A stretch of 64,000 nucleotides of DNA from an uncultured virus (IMG/VR IMGVR_UViG_3300030012_002620) (lineage: Duplodnaviria > Heunggongvirae > Uroviricota > Caudoviricetes > Crassvirales). Of the stretch, positions 39,400 through 50,146 are shown piece after piece; position 1 is the stretch's first letter; each line of letters opens with the position of its first letter. Position numbers and translations under genes: made by a program. The notes beneath the pieces were generated by a model. That model saw nothing but the letters and a program-made list of their open reading frames with translations. It searched no databases and was not told the origin of the DNA. The DNA lies in the IMG/VR virus record IMGVR_UViG_3300030012_002620. One strand, written 5' to 3'.

Positions 39400-39679
39400 T
39401 TTCCTCTGGGTTTTCTGGCAGAGGAGTTATAATACCAGTTTCTAAGCTTAAATTACCCTTACCGTATTTTTCTTCAAGAGTTTTCATTTTTTCTTTAAGG
39501 GTTTCGGTTAATTTAAAAAGCTCTGTAATTAAACTAGTTTTGTGAGCTTCCATCCCACCTATTTCAACTTGTAATTGCTGTTGAGAGTTACGAATAGTTC
39601 TAAGTTCTACAAGAACTTCTTCGTCTATCTTGATAGTGTGTGTAGCTTCTGCAGCTACTTCATTTGATTTTTCCGCCAT
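39386..39679 (-). CDS. Small coiled-coil protein
   Basis: 97 aa ending LEEKYGKGNLSLETGII. Confidence 0.7.
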   Translation of the reverse strand: MAEKSNEVAAEATHTIKIDEEVLVELRTIRNSQQQLQVEIGGMEAHKTSLITELFKLTETLKEKMKTLEEKYGKGNLSLETGIITPLPENPEENVNS

Positions 39680-39705
39680 TTTATTAAATTTAAATTAAAA
39701 ATATT

Positions 39706-40032
39706 TTATACGTCTGTGTAATCTTTATAAGCGTCCTTTGCTTTTAACGCATTATAAGCTTGTACTACAGGGTTTTTAGCTGTTGCATTAACTGCCATTG
39801 TAAACGTCCCTTGTATTTTTTCTAATACATTAAAAGGGTCTGCATTTCTTGCTGCTTGATCCTTATACACATCAGCTGTATAAATAGCGGCTAATCCTTT
39901 TTGCCATACGATACTATCTTCTTCTGTATTTACGATAGACTCGTGAGCTACTTCAAAATTAACACTGTTTACAGCTATATAAGCATTAGGTGCTTCAAAA
40001 CCCTTAAAACTATAATTTCCTTGTATCGCCAT
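39706..40032 (-). CDS. Tail-associated hypothetical protein
   Basis: 108 aa ending QAYNALK..Y.DY.DV, next to the fibre cluster; TATATTTG at 40049-40056 upstream. Confidence 0.55.
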   Translation of the reverse strand: MAIQGNYSFKGFEAPNAYIAVNSVNFEVAHESIVNTEEDSIVWQKGLAAIYTADVYKDQAARNADPFNVLEKIQGTFTMAVNATAKNPVVQAYNALKAKDAYKDYTDV

Positions 40033-40094
40033 AGCTTTTTATTTTTTACAAATATAAGGATTTTTTTAATAACTAGGAGTGATAGATATAATAC

Positions 40095-40616
40095 TTACTT
40101 TTTAAAACTTTTAAATAACATAGGAATTATTATTTTACCATCCTCTTCTAAATGATTTTTGTAGTTGTTTTCTAAATCAGATACTATTTCATCTGTAATA
40201 TCTTCATGCCCCCACCATAAATCTATTAATATAAGATCATATTTTTTACTAGGTGTATAACTGTATGCATCATGTTTTATTACATTTATAGAATCATCTA
40301 TAAAATCTATATAATCAATTAATTCTTGATTATTCTCTACTACATCTACTACACTACATTCTTTTTCTACTTTTAAAGTTTCTGGTACTAACCCTAAACC
40401 TAAACCTAATACTAAAACTTTATCATAAGTAAAATCTTTATAAAGGTCTTTTATTTTTTTACAATTAGTACAATCTCCTAATATTATAGTTGCATATTCT
40501 TCTGTGTTGCTAATAATTGATTGTTCGTTGAATTGTAACACACTAACATCCTCTTCTTTTGTTATGCTAAAAGAAGTGCCAGTATGTTCTTGTATTTTGT
40601 TTTCTTGTATTTTCAT
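40095..40616 (-). CDS. Class I SAM-dependent methyltransferase-like protein (spermidine-synthase-like fold)
   Basis: KVLVLGLGLG, VDVVE, HDAY, YDLILIDLW motifs. Confidence 0.75.
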   Translation of the reverse strand: MKIQENKIQEHTGTSFSITKEEDVSVLQFNEQSIISNTEEYATIILGDCTNCKKIKDLYKDFTYDKVLVLGLGLGLVPETLKVEKECSVVDVVENNQELIDYIDFIDDSINVIKHDAYSYTPSKKYDLILIDLWWGHEDITDEIVSDLENNYKNHLEEDGKIIIPMLFKSFKK

Positions 40617-40617
40617 A

Positions 40618-42219
40618 TTAACATCCTAAAGGTGAGAAATTGGACACGTATCCACTACTATTTACAAAGTAGAAACCAGCACTTGTAGCACCACTACTAC
40701 TAGCAGGTGGACCAGCATACCAACCAGAGTTTGTTATTACATTTAAATTATTATCATATATTCTTGTTCCATTACCAAATGTTCCTGTAAATCTAATAAT
40801 AGTATTCATTGTTTGGAAACATGCAAAGAAACCTTTTGAATAAGGTCCAGCAGCATATCTAGTTACATATGATGTGCTAGTAGCTTGTGTTATAGTAGAT
40901 CCATAAGAAGTTCCAACACTGTTTGTAGCAAAAGCTCTATAATAGTATGTTGTTGATGAAGATAAACCAGTAACAGCCCTACTGTAACTACCTGTTGTGT
41001 TAAATGTTCCTGGGTGTTGAGATACTTTTGTAACATTAAACTCACCTATTGTAGGTGTGCTATCACTACTTGAATACACAAATCCTTTGTCAGTTATAGT
41101 AGCATTTCCAGTACTAGTCATATTACCATTCATTGTCATACCATTAGAACTTACACTTGTAGCTGAAAGACTAACAATACCTGGAGCTGTAGATGAGGAT
41201 AATGTTGTGACTTGTTCGTTAGCACCATATGTAGTTCCAGCTGAATTAGTAGCGTACGCTCTGTATGTGTATGTAGTTGAACTGCTTAATGCACTAATAG
41301 CTTTACTAAAGGTCCCTGTAGCGTTTGTGTTATCAGCAAGCTGCACACCAACTCCACTTTCACCTGCAATAAAATCATCTGTTATAGCACCTGTTTTAGT
41401 AACAAAACCTCTATGCGTAATAGTTCCATCACTGCTAAAATCTGAAGCAAGTCCTTTACTATTAACAGTACCATTCATTGTAAAACCACTTTGACTAACG
41501 CTAGACTCTGTGTTTGTAACAACTGTTGGGGCTACACCAGTACCTCCACCAATAACTTGATTGCCTGGGCAACTAACACTAAACCACCAACCTGTACCAC
41601 TAAGAGGAGCAGATACTCGCATATTAGAAGAACTAACGGAGCTATTTTTATTAAACGTTATAGTACCTCTACCACCACTTTGAGTGTTTAAGTTATCTGT
41701 ACCATAATCAGTTGTTAGTGTTGTTATTTCTAAATTAGAATCACCAGTAGCTGCTCTTAAATTAGCTAAACTACTTTGTGCACCAACGTAGCCATCGTAA
41801 TTACCACTAGTAGTACCACTCGTATAAGTATTACCATTCCATGTAAACACAAATTTATCAGGAATACCAAAAGCTTGAAACTCTATAGTAACAGTACCAG
41901 TATTACTTCCTAAGTTTATAGGATAATCAAAGGTACCTTGACCTCCATCATGATAAGCTAAGTTACAAGCTGGTGCCGCGGCATCATGATCATAACTATA
42001 AAATTCACTCATTGCAAAAGGAGCAGCATTGTTTGGATGTGATGCGCTAAGACCATTTGTTGGATCAGCTACAAAATGATTACCATTAGCATTACCACCA
42101 ATAGTTAAATCTTTTAAACTTAAGACATCATCATAGTCAGCATCAGTGTAGTCATCTACATCTTTTTCTGCCGCTAAACCAGCTAAACTTATACTATTAC
42201 CGCTTGCAGGAACTGCCAT
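40618..42219 (-). CDS. Tail-tip/adhesin protein with two FN3-like repeats
   Basis: LSSSTTYTYRAYATNSAGTTYG and LSSSTTYYYRAFATNSVGTSYG repeats. Confidence 0.7.
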   Translation of the reverse strand: MAVPASGNSISLAGLAAEKDVDDYTDADYDDVLSLKDLTIGGNANGNHFVADPTNGLSASHPNNAAPFAMSEFYSYDHDAAAPACNLAYHDGGQGTFDYPINLGSNTGTVTIEFQAFGIPDKFVFTWNGNTYTSGTTSGNYDGYVGAQSSLANLRAATGDSNLEITTLTTDYGTDNLNTQSGGRGTITFNKNSSVSSSNMRVSAPLSGTGWWFSVSCPGNQVIGGGTGVAPTVVTNTESSVSQSGFTMNGTVNSKGLASDFSSDGTITHRGFVTKTGAITDDFIAGESGVGVQLADNTNATGTFSKAISALSSSTTYTYRAYATNSAGTTYGANEQVTTLSSSTAPGIVSLSATSVSSNGMTMNGNMTSTGNATITDKGFVYSSSDSTPTIGEFNVTKVSQHPGTFNTTGSYSRAVTGLSSSTTYYYRAFATNSVGTSYGSTITQATSTSYVTRYAAGPYSKGFFACFQTMNTIIRFTGTFGNGTRIYDNNLNVITNSGWYAGPPASSSGATSAGFYFVNSSGYVSNFSPLGC

Positions 42220-45200
42220 TATTTTATTTGTTTTTTAAGTTCTTCTATTTCAGCTTTTAAATCTTTTATAGCTTCAATTAGATAACCTGTTATATTACCA
42301 TATGCTACAGATTTATATTCACTTTCATTATTAACTAATTCAGGTGCAACTTTTTCTAGTTCTTGCGCTATTACTCCACTACCTTGTTTGTCGTCTTTAG
42401 TAAAGCTTACTCCTCTCATTTCATAAACTTTAGAACCATCTAGTGTTTCTATATTAGACTTTAGTCTTTCATCAGAGAACGCTACAACATCTGCACTTGC
42501 TGTTAAAGTGCCTGTTACGCTAACTCCTGCGCTTGTCGTTTCTAGTCTATTACTGTTATCATAATATAGACTTACGCCTCCATTTCCTACAGCTTGAATC
42601 ATAATTTCAGTTGACCCATGTCTATATACTTGAAAAGCTGAACTAGCAAATATTTTTAAGTTTCCAGTGCCTGTATCTTCAATATAACTATGAGTACCAT
42701 CATGATATAATTGAAGATCACCAGAGTCTCCTAGTTTAATTTTTTTATCATCTGGATAACTTGCATCACCATTATAGCTTATAGTATAATCTCTTGCCAC
42801 AGAAGCCGCTTGAGCACCAGCACCATAACTTGCAAACATACCTAAACTACCCATAGATATTTCAGTAGTTTGTCCTGATGCCCAAGTAGGTGTAAATCTT
42901 ATTCTCATATAATCATTAGCAGAACCACCAACTTGTTGATATATTTTGTCTATCGTCCAACCAGGCCACGAACCAATGTTAGCATTAATATGAGTTGAAA
43001 CAGTCCAACCTGTAGAACCTCCTACATTTTCATATCTTTTTGCAACTGTATCGGGATTTGTATTTGTTGTTTCAATTTTTATTTGAAAACTATTGTGATG
43101 CGCAGAGTGTGTTAATACTAACCAACCAATAAAACAATAACCTGTTTGATTACTCATATACATGAGATAATCAGACTTAGTTCTTTTTAAATTTGTACCA
43201 CCCCAATTGTGTGAGAAATCACCTCCTAATAAATTATTAAAGTCTGTTTCACTACTACAATCTGCCCAACTAGATCCATCATAAGCGTATGATTCAGCTA
43301 TCTTGTGTCTAACGACACAGAAGTTAATACCAGTATTAAATGGATTCATTGAACCATTAACTAAATCACCAGCTGGTGTTGGATATAAGTTTTGAGCTGA
43401 TCTATGATCACCAGTGCCATAATTAAGCATGTTCTCATGCCCAGGATCTAATAAAAAGCTTGTTGACTGTTTACCGTCTAATACATCAGCATCTAAACCA
43501 CTACCTGAACCATCATTACCTGCATGCCAGTATTTGCTACCGCTATTATCACCAGCACCTTTCCATAAATCACCATCTGATCCCATCCAAGCAACAACAC
43601 TGTTAGCTCCATTACCGAAAGCTGTACCACCACCTGCGTAATAATTTAAATAAGTAGCATTACCAGAAGAGTCTGCATCTATATGAAGATTACCATTACT
43701 ACAAAATAGTCTTGCTCTTTTGTTAGCAGTAGTACCATTAAGATATAAATACCCACCATCGGTAGTAGTATAAACACCTATTTCTACATCACCATCTAAT
43801 CTAGTATTACCATATACTTCAAAATTTTGCGTGTTATTTGAATAAGGTCCAAACCTTGCGATTGTTGTAAAAGAGTTTGCGGTACCTGCAGCATAATCTA
43901 AATAAAGAGGTACACCTCCACCTGGATCTTGTTTTCTCCATCTATGTCTATATTGACCGTTGGTGTAGTTTCCATCCATTATAAGACCACGAGTACCAGC
44001 ATCAGTGCTACCAAGACTACCAGTTCTAACTCTAACAAATCCTGTGGTTGTTGCTAAATCAGCAGCGCCATAAGTACTAAGCCCATAGTTAGGAGCACCT
44101 TGTCCAGCCCAACCAGAAGGATAACCAATATTAACCCTGTTGTATAAATGTATAAGCTCATTTGCAAATCTACCTCTTATACCACCCACTTTTAGATCTT
44201 CTCCATTATCTCCCGTTGCACCACCTAAATTTAAATGATCAAACGTTGCTTTTGTGTTAGTGTCTACAATATTATTAGAACCAATATATAATGATGTAAA
44301 TATTCCGTCACCGACTGTATTTATTCTACTTACACCATTAATTAGTAAAGCACCAGTTAGTAAATTTAAATCACCATCACCTTGTATTTCTACATTACAT
44401 GTACCGTCTACACCACCATCATAAAAACCTATTGTTTCGCCTGATGAAGTAGCTATTCTTAAATGAGGATTTGTGTCATAAACTTTTAAAAATCCTCTTG
44501 CATTATTATTTGTTGTTGTGTGAAGTTGTAGAAGACCTCCGTTGTATATATAATGACTACCAGTTTGATAAAAATTTCTAAACCTATGCGCACTAGTGCT
44601 AAATCCTAAATCAGAACTATTGTCAGTTTGTGGATAAATTTTACCGTTTAAATCTATATTTAAAATATGATTACCACCAGCATGAAGTTTCATGTTACTA
44701 TCTGTTGCTTTAAAGTGGGCTGGCACAGAAAATTCTGTAGTTGCTATGATTTTCTTTTCAGAAACTATATCTTCACTACCGTGTATAGATTTTCTCATAT
44801 TATCTGTAGCTGCGGTAGGTCCTGATATATCATTTATCTGCGAGATAACAATATGACCAGTTCCATCTTTTACATCTGTTGTTGCTGATGATAAGAAATC
44901 AAAACCACCATTTATATTGTCGTAACCACCACCCCAAGCTTTACAATACCAAGTAAAATTTGCGTGAGTTGAAGTTCTGTACATTCTTACATTTACGCCA
45001 TAAGTAGAACTAGTACCTCCTGATCCATTATCTTCTCTTATAATTCTTATACCTCTTAAATTAGGATATGAAGAGTTTCTATTATACACAGCATTAGTAC
45101 AAGTAATAGTTGCTACATTAGATCCCCAATATCCTCTTGATATAGTAAAAGAAAAGGTTGAATGTGCGTCACATTTTATATTAAGATATGTTACACCTTC

Positions 45201-45848
45201 AGCTTCACCAATGGTTCCTATTTTAACCCAATCATCAAATGTACTTCCAGATGTACTATAACCAGTAATATTACTCTGTGAATAGTTTTTATGAGTAAAG
45301 TTAAATGGAAAAGAACTAGTGAAGTCTAAAACTCCAACATTGTTAATAGCGTTATCATTTAAATCTAAATCACCACCAAAACTATGATTACCAGTAAAAT
45401 CAGGAATTGATACTTTACCATTAGAACCACTTATAGTAATTCTAGGAGTATAACTACCACCACCCATAATTTCAACATTACCTCCATAACTCCAACCATA
45501 TTGTAGTTTATTACTATTTGCTCTTGCTATAGTTCTTACAGTACCAGCAGAATCTAATGTTCGTAACTCTGCTGTATAAGGTAATTCTATGTGAGCATTA
45601 GGTATTATTTTATCAGAAAAAGTAACACCAGAAGTCGTAAATTGAACTCTATTTGTACTAGCACCATTTGGTCTCAAATATATATTACCATTACTTTTTA
45701 AGTAAACAGTACTAGAGTCACTTTCTAAATCTAAATACTTAGAACCAGTTGGTCTAAGTCTTAAACTAGAAGTACCGTCTGTAGTTATTTCTGGATACTG
45801 ATGACTCCCAGAAGAATAAAACTCTATTTTATCAAATCTTAATGCCAT
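42219..45848 (-). CDS. Tail fibre with C-terminal intramolecular chaperone (peptidase S74)
   Basis: FSDERLKSNI..GVIAQELE..VAYGNITGYLIEAIKDL; GSGLDAD.LDG motif. Confidence 0.88.
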   Translation of the reverse strand: MALRFDKIEFYSSGSHQYPEITTDGTSSLRLRPTGSKYLDLESDSSTVYLKSNGNIYLRPNGASTNRVQFTTSGVTFSDKIIPNAHIELPYTAELRTLDSAGTVRTIARANSNKLQYGWSYGGNVEIMGGGSYTPRITISGSNGKVSIPDFTGNHSFGGDLDLNDNAINNVGVLDFTSSFPFNFTHKNYSQSNITGYSTSGSTFDDWVKIGTIGEAEGVTYLNIKCDAHSTFSFTISRGYWGSNVATITCTNAVYNRNSSYPNLRGIRIIREDNGSGGTSSTYGVNVRMYRTSTHANFTWYCKAWGGGYDNINGGFDFLSSATTDVKDGTGHIVISQINDISGPTAATDNMRKSIHGSEDIVSEKKIIATTEFSVPAHFKATDSNMKLHAGGNHILNIDLNGKIYPQTDNSSDLGFSTSAHRFRNFYQTGSHYIYNGGLLQLHTTTNNNARGFLKVYDTNPHLRIATSSGETIGFYDGGVDGTCNVEIQGDGDLNLLTGALLINGVSRINTVGDGIFTSLYIGSNNIVDTNTKATFDHLNLGGATGDNGEDLKVGGIRGRFANELIHLYNRVNIGYPSGWAGQGAPNYGLSTYGAADLATTTGFVRVRTGSLGSTDAGTRGLIMDGNYTNGQYRHRWRKQDPGGGVPLYLDYAAGTANSFTTIARFGPYSNNTQNFEVYGNTRLDGDVEIGVYTTTDGGYLYLNGTTANKRARLFCSNGNLHIDADSSGNATYLNYYAGGGTAFGNGANSVVAWMGSDGDLWKGAGDNSGSKYWHAGNDGSGSGLDADVLDGKQSTSFLLDPGHENMLNYGTGDHRSAQNLYPTPAGDLVNGSMNPFNTGINFCVVRHKIAESYAYDGSSWADCSSETDFNNLLGGDFSHNWGGTNLKRTKSDYLMYMSNQTGYCFIGWLVLTHSAHHNSFQIKIETTNTNPDTVAKRYENVGGSTGWTVSTHINANIGSWPGWTIDKIYQQVGGSANDYMRIRFTPTWASGQTTEISMGSLGMFASYGAGAQAASVARDYTISYNGDASYPDDKKIKLGDSGDLQLYHDGTHSYIEDTGTGNLKIFASSAFQVYRHGSTEIMIQAVGNGGVSLYYDNSNRLETTSAGVSVTGTLTASADVVAFSDERLKSNIETLDGSKVYEMRGVSFTKDDKQGSGVIAQELEKVAPELVNNESEYKSVAYGNITGYLIEAIKDLKAEIEELKKQIK

Positions 45849-45852
45849 ATCT

Positions 45853-48800
45853 TTATATTAATCGTCTAAATTTAAATCTAAATATTTTACCACCATTAGA
45901 ATTATCTAATGCTCCATTATAACTCATATTATGTTTTACTTGCAACATTAAACTTCCACTAGGGTGTCTTTCTGTTCTAAACTGTACATCACCATTATTA
46001 GGTGCATGACCAGCTCTATGTACAGGTATTTCATCAACATGCGAACTGTTAGTATTTTGACCATACCAACTTATCGTAGCTGAATAATATTCATAATAAT
46101 GTCCGCCACCAACGTTGAAATCACTTACAAAAACTTGCATAGCATATGTACCAGTAGCAAGATCTGAACCAGCAATATCAGTGTCTGTCCATGTGTTTGC
46201 AGTTAACTGGAATGTCATTGCAAATTCTTTTATCTGATCAATATCAGTACCATCTGTTGGAGTAAGACCGTGGTGAGTTATATTACCAGCAACACTCATG
46301 TCACTACCACTAATTATAACAGCGTCTGTATCAGTACCACTACCTAGTCTTAGTACGTTTGAACCATTAGCATGAACTGCTGCATAACCAGCATCCCAAG
46401 TTAAAGTACCATAAGCTGTACTCTGTACACCAGGTCCCCAATGTGTTACAGCTGATGTTGTAGTCCATAATCCTTTACCACCAAAAGCTGCTGCTGTATA
46501 CGTTACATTACCAGTTGATGCTGGTGTTCCTGTTGTTGTACCAAATACAAACTTGTCAGCTGATTCATCCCATAAGAATGCTGCATTGTCTCCTGTACTT
46601 CCTCTTTCTATAATTAAACCTGAGTCATTTGAATTAGATGTAGCACCTCTGTTTAAACCTATAATATTATCTGATACGTCTAAGTTTGTTTGATTAACAG
46701 TTGTAGTAGTACCAGTTACTTCTAAATCTCCGTTTACTTTTACAGGTCCTTGAAACTCTGATAATAACGAATCATTAGTACCAAACTGTACAACTTCTTC
46801 TAAACTAGAAGAGTTATTCTTTTTAGCAAATATTTTTGTATAACCTGAACTACCACCACCACCTCTATAAAAGTGTACACCTGTTACTTCAACTGAGTTA
46901 TAAGCAGCTATTCTCCAAACTTCTACATTACTTAAATCTTGTCTATTATTATATAACTCTAATCTACTACCAGCGTTTTGTTGTTTTGTAAATCTAGCTC
47001 CAGTAGACGTGGTGCCTAATCTAAGATCATTATCGTGATATAATTCTACAGCACCATCTTTAATCATCTTTGCGTGATAATCATTAGTATCTGAAAGAAA
47101 CTGTATTTGAGAATTGCTTTTTAGTCTTAGTTGTCCTGTTCCTATATCTTCTATATATGAATGACTACCATCGTGATATATTTCTAAATCACCACTGTTT
47201 CCAAAAGTAGCTGGATAACCGTCTTTCCAATTAATAGCAGCATATATACTTTCATCTCTAAATTTATCAAGATAGTTTGTATCGCCTTCTAAATATTTAT
47301 AAGCAAATATGTGGTTTATTCTAGTTGAGGTTGTATTCCAGTTAGTTAATGTATATCTAATTTTATTAAATGAAACATTGTTACCACCGTGGTAAGTTCT
47401 TACCGTGGCGTGAGGTTGATTATTTTGAGAATATATATTAGTGTAGTTAGCACCATTATCTGTTGATATTTCTATATCAATATCCTTAGCTCTCCACTGA
47501 GCTGCTCCAAAAGCAATACCGTACCACTGACCATAACTAAGTGCCCATCCAGCGATTTCTATTATTATAGTATCTGTGTTAGCTGTTGATACACTATATG
47601 TTTCTTCATGCGCGAGGAAAGCAGGACCTAACGAAGCAGCAGAAATAGATGTTCCATTTTTAGTTGCAGTAACTGTAAGTCTTCTATGTGCACCAGCAAA
47701 CTCATTTGGTGAAATACCTGGTATATAACAGTGATAAGTATCTTCTAAAGCTGTGTTTATTGTAAAACCTCCTAATTGTACTTGACTGTCATTTACTGAT
47801 TTGCTATAAAATGCACCAATATTTAAGTAAAGACTACCAGCATCACTACCTGCTCTTCTAAGATTTAAATCTTCATTATAAGAAGTAACTATACCCGTAT
47901 CAACTTGTATTTGTTTGTTAAAATAAAAGTTTGTTCTATCTGTATTAATATGAGCATGTGATGTATTTTGTGGACCTATATCTATATAACCAGAATTAGT
48001 TGCTATAGTAACTGCGTTTCCAGTACCGCTTCTTCTATATAATCTTGTGTTAGTATCATCAATATATATATCACCACCTTCAACAGTTAGATCACCTCCC
48101 ATTGCTATATCACCAGCAGATGAGAAAGCAACTCTTCTTGTATTATCGTGTTGGTTGTTAGTTCCAAAATTAAAATTCAAGGAACTATCTCCAACACCAC
48201 CTGTTGTTTTTCTAGCAATACTCCATACATCAGTGTTTGCATTACTACCAGCTGCTTCTACAAAATTAATTGCAGAACCCCAAGTACCGTCAGATGTACT
48301 TAATAAATCTAATTGAGCATCTGTATCTTCTATAAGACCTTTAGAATAAACAGTAGCAATACCTGCAGTGTCAGAATATTTTACATGAAGTTTTTCTAAT
48401 GGGCTCGTTTCTCCAATTCCTAAATAACCACTACTTGTAAGAGTTAAATTGTTGGCGTGAGTTGTATCAACAGTACCCATAAATGTTGTGCCATTTGAAG
48501 TACCAAAATATGATATATCATTGTTATCTTGTATAAGAATTCTAGCTTTAGCATCTGTTGAAACAAAACTTGCAACAGTATCTGAACCTCCAGCGTTGAC
48601 ATCAAGTTTAGTGCCTGGGTTTACAGTTCCCAAACCAACATTACCTCCAGATTTTATATAAATACCTTTAGTAGATGTTGCACTTATGGTACTTAAAGTA
48701 TCTGTAACAATAGATATATTTTGCTCATTATTCCAAGCGCCTAGCTGCATTAAATCTGTACTACCACCATAAGCAAAAATACTCATAGTGTTTTGACCTG

Positions 48801-50136
48801 AGTGAGTAAATCTTGCTAATTCATTTCTAACAGATCCGTCTGATTGTGCTGGTATTGTTACATGTAGTCTTGCGCTAGGGTTTCCTCCTATACCTAGTTT
48901 ACCACCAGTTATTGATAAAGCTGAAGAAGTGGAATTATCTCCTACATAAGTATAACTACCAGTATGCCATAAAATAGCATTTCCACCCCACGTTAAATAT
49001 TTATTATCATTTAAATTAACATGATGAGGAAATGCCCATCGTCCTTCATGATTATATGTAGTTGTATTAAAACCAGATGAATTAGCTGCTCTAGTATAAA
49101 GCACCATTTCACCACCTCTAGTAGATGTGGTTCCTCCTTGTGTTCTTGTTCTTATTATACCAAGTCTATCGTCAGTACCTTCTGCAGCTGTATTATTCCA
49201 GTTTATATCACCTATAATAGTTGAATCACCTGTTGTATCAAACCTTAAAGTAAATTGTGAGTTTCCTGAGGCAGCATCAATTGCTAAAGCACCAGTTAAA
49301 ACACCACCAGTTAATGGTAGTTTTGTGTTATCAGTTGATGATATATTTGTTAAGTTACTACCATCACCGTATAATGTGTCAAAATAACCATTTGCAAATC
49401 TTGTAACACTGGTACCTATATCATGCGTTGAATCAGCACTTGCTTTTATGTCAGTGTAAAATATTGAGCTTCCAGGATTTATAACAAGTTTTGGTGAAGC
49501 ATTATGTACACCACCAACTCCTATTTGAACATTAGCAGCAGAATCTGTATTAGCATTAGTAATATATACATTACCTCTATTACCTATTATACCATAACCA
49601 CTAACTCGTAAGTTATTTGTTGATGGTGTAGGGTTTCCAGAATCTACTGCATCTGCTATAAATGTAGTTGCTGCTTTTACTGTACCTGAAAACTCTACAT
49701 TTCCTGCTCCATCAAATGCTAATTCTTCTCTGTTAGAATCAGTTTCATTAACTATTCTTAAACCCTCTGAATTACCTAAACATATTCTATATGAATCATG
49801 ACCAGACCTTGTTAGTTTATAACCATTAGTATAAGTGGTTCCTTGAACAGCAAGAAATTTAGGCGCTTGAGTCTCGCCTATAAAAGTTGCACTATTATCA
49901 GAATAATCTAAAGCAAATAAAGTTCCAGCATGAGCACCAGTTGATAAATTTCTTTTAGTAAACTGTAATTCATCATCCCAGCCATAAATTTTAAATTTTG
50001 ATGATACATTTCCGTTTATATCGTGAAGCTCTAAAGTGTCAGTTTTCGTGTTTCCGTTAACCGTTAACTCACCATCAACTAGTGTCAGATTACTACTAGA
50101 TTCTAAAGTTACATCTGATAAGAATTTTTGTGCCAT
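45853..50136 (-). CDS. Long tail fibre protein
   Basis: G/T/S/N-rich; repeated GNVGLGT.NP..KLDV-type units. Confidence 0.82.
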   Translation of the reverse strand: MAQKFLSDVTLESSSNLTLVDGELTVNGNTKTDTLELHDINGNVSSKFKIYGWDDELQFTKRNLSTGAHAGTLFALDYSDNSATFIGETQAPKFLAVQGTTYTNGYKLTRSGHDSYRICLGNSEGLRIVNETDSNREELAFDGAGNVEFSGTVKAATTFIADAVDSGNPTPSTNNLRVSGYGIIGNRGNVYITNANTDSAANVQIGVGGVHNASPKLVINPGSSIFYTDIKASADSTHDIGTSVTRFANGYFDTLYGDGSNLTNISSTDNTKLPLTGGVLTGALAIDAASGNSQFTLRFDTTGDSTIIGDINWNNTAAEGTDDRLGIIRTRTQGGTTSTRGGEMVLYTRAANSSGFNTTTYNHEGRWAFPHHVNLNDNKYLTWGGNAILWHTGSYTYVGDNSTSSALSITGGKLGIGGNPSARLHVTIPAQSDGSVRNELARFTHSGQNTMSIFAYGGSTDLMQLGAWNNEQNISIVTDTLSTISATSTKGIYIKSGGNVGLGTVNPGTKLDVNAGGSDTVASFVSTDAKARILIQDNNDISYFGTSNGTTFMGTVDTTHANNLTLTSSGYLGIGETSPLEKLHVKYSDTAGIATVYSKGLIEDTDAQLDLLSTSDGTWGSAINFVEAAGSNANTDVWSIARKTTGGVGDSSLNFNFGTNNQHDNTRRVAFSSAGDIAMGGDLTVEGGDIYIDDTNTRLYRRSGTGNAVTIATNSGYIDIGPQNTSHAHINTDRTNFYFNKQIQVDTGIVTSYNEDLNLRRAGSDAGSLYLNIGAFYSKSVNDSQVQLGGFTINTALEDTYHCYIPGISPNEFAGAHRRLTVTATKNGTSISAASLGPAFLAHEETYSVSTANTDTIIIEIAGWALSYGQWYGIAFGAAQWRAKDIDIEISTDNGANYTNIYSQNNQPHATVRTYHGGNNVSFNKIRYTLTNWNTTSTRINHIFAYKYLEGDTNYLDKFRDESIYAAINWKDGYPATFGNSGDLEIYHDGSHSYIEDIGTGQLRLKSNSQIQFLSDTNDYHAKMIKDGAVELYHDNDLRLGTTSTGARFTKQQNAGSRLELYNNRQDLSNVEVWRIAAYNSVEVTGVHFYRGGGGSSGYTKIFAKKNNSSSLEEVVQFGTNDSLLSEFQGPVKVNGDLEVTGTTTTVNQTNLDVSDNIIGLNRGATSNSNDSGLIIERGSTGDNAAFLWDESADKFVFGTTTGTPASTGNVTYTAAAFGGKGLWTTTSAVTHWGPGVQSTAYGTLTWDAGYAAVHANGSNVLRLGSGTDTDAVIISGSDMSVAGNITHHGLTPTDGTDIDQIKEFAMTFQLTANTWTDTDIAGSDLATGTYAMQVFVSDFNVGGGHYYEYYSATISWYGQNTNSSHVDEIPVHRAGHAPNNGDVQFRTERHPSGSLMLQVKHNMSYNGALDNSNGGKIFRFKFRRLI

Positions 50137-50146
50137 TTCATTTAAG

